A program made the translations under genes and the position numbers. From an uncultured candidatus Porisulfidus sp. (GTDB lineage: Bacteria > Pseudomonadota > Gammaproteobacteria > Poriferisulfidales > Oxydemutatoraceae): 64,000 nucleotides of DNA. The stretch lies in the NCBI GenBank assembly GCA_965215125.1, contig OZ244052.1, positions 960,001-1,024,000 of the forward strand, in the 5' to 3' direction. Below are positions 63,457 through 64,000 of the stretch, piece by piece; positions within the stretch are counted from its first letter, which is position 1, and each line of letters opens with the position of its first letter. The notes under the pieces were generated by a model that was not told where the DNA came from, ran no database searches, and was given only the letters and a program-made list of their open reading frames with translations.

Positions 63457-64000
63457 GTGCAGCAAGGTGAATCGACACTGTATGCGGTCGTCGCCTCGGT
63501 GTTCCTATTCCTTTCATTGCTTCTCGTGCCGGCATCGGCGTTGTATGCCGACGGACATTCGGGTTTGGGTCCGGTAATCCCCAAGGCTAAGGGTGAGCGG
63601 TGTGTGGAACCGACGGAGGTCATGCGTCGGCGGCATCACGAGTTTATATTGCATCAGCGTGATGATACCGTGATCGAGGGGATACGCACCGAGCAATACC
63701 GATTTACCCGGTGCATAGATTGTCATGTGCAGCCGACTGCGGCGGGCGAGTATCCGCGCCACAGCGACGATACGCATTTCTGCACCGCATGTCATCTTTA
63801 TAGCAGTGTGAGCATAGATTGTTTTCAGTGCCATGCAGATCGCCCCGCGCAAGCCTACACCACTATCAAATCAAAGCCCGAATCGGACTTGAAGGCATTA
63901 TCGGATATGAAACAACCGCAGAGTGGGCTATCATTGCAGTTTATACAAAAGCATTTAAGTGGTGGTGAGAAAACAAACGGCAATGAACGAGTGAGTAGTA
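63457..64000 (+). CDS. dsrJ: DsrJ triheme cytochrome c (runs off the window; alternative start 63394)
   Basis: Manual translation: signal/TM, CVEP..VMRRRH...HQRD.TV..GIR, CIDCH, CTACH, DCFQCH. Confidence 0.9.
   Translation, partial: MQQGESTLYAVVASVFLFLSLLLVPASALYADGHSGLGPVIPKAKGERCVEPTEVMRRRHHEFILHQRDDTVIEGIRTEQYRFTRCIDCHVQPTAAGEYPRHSDDTHFCTACHLYSSVSIDCFQCHADRPAQAYTTIKSKPESDLKALSDMKQPQSGLSLQFIQKHLSGGEKTNGNERVSS

Noticed and set aside
63514-63852. 112-aa minus-strand ORF
   Set aside because: Overlaps the plus-strand dsrJ frame, which has three CxxCH motifs

Overview
Chromosomal segment of a sulfur-oxidising gammaproteobacterium; the repeat load, defence genes and giant adhesin-protease suggest a host-associated symbiont (inference). 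The backbone is a reverse-dsr locus in canonical order but pulled apart. dsrABEFHCMK (16.3-22.6 kb) is followed by an inserted soxXYZAKB-heme protein-soxW block, a duplicated coiled-coil gene and an IS110. dsrL follows at 32-34 kb, then a ~29 kb accessory/defence island, and finally dsrJ, which runs off the right edge and is absent from the ORF track. The island holds an EcoRI-type MTase plus DUF262-HNH, a large SIR2 protein, a Vsr/Dcm/GHKL-REase unit, Rpn, a three-gene GHKL system, two Panacea loci, a 2428-aa subtilase-adhesin and an AAA ATPase. dsrR- and dsrS-like genes lie further left with gmk, hemE and gltD. About 13 intergenic sites carry mosaics of nested miniature repeats. The most notable signals are: (1) an intact IS110 bridge recombinase whose non-coding end has readable guides matching its own donor junction and the host REP hairpin it sits in; (2) a tnpB remnant bounded by IS1595/ISNwi1-like inverted repeats and an 8-bp target duplication; (3) reciprocally nested repeats at several operon breakpoints. 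All calls come from reading the sequence by eye; no searches were run.
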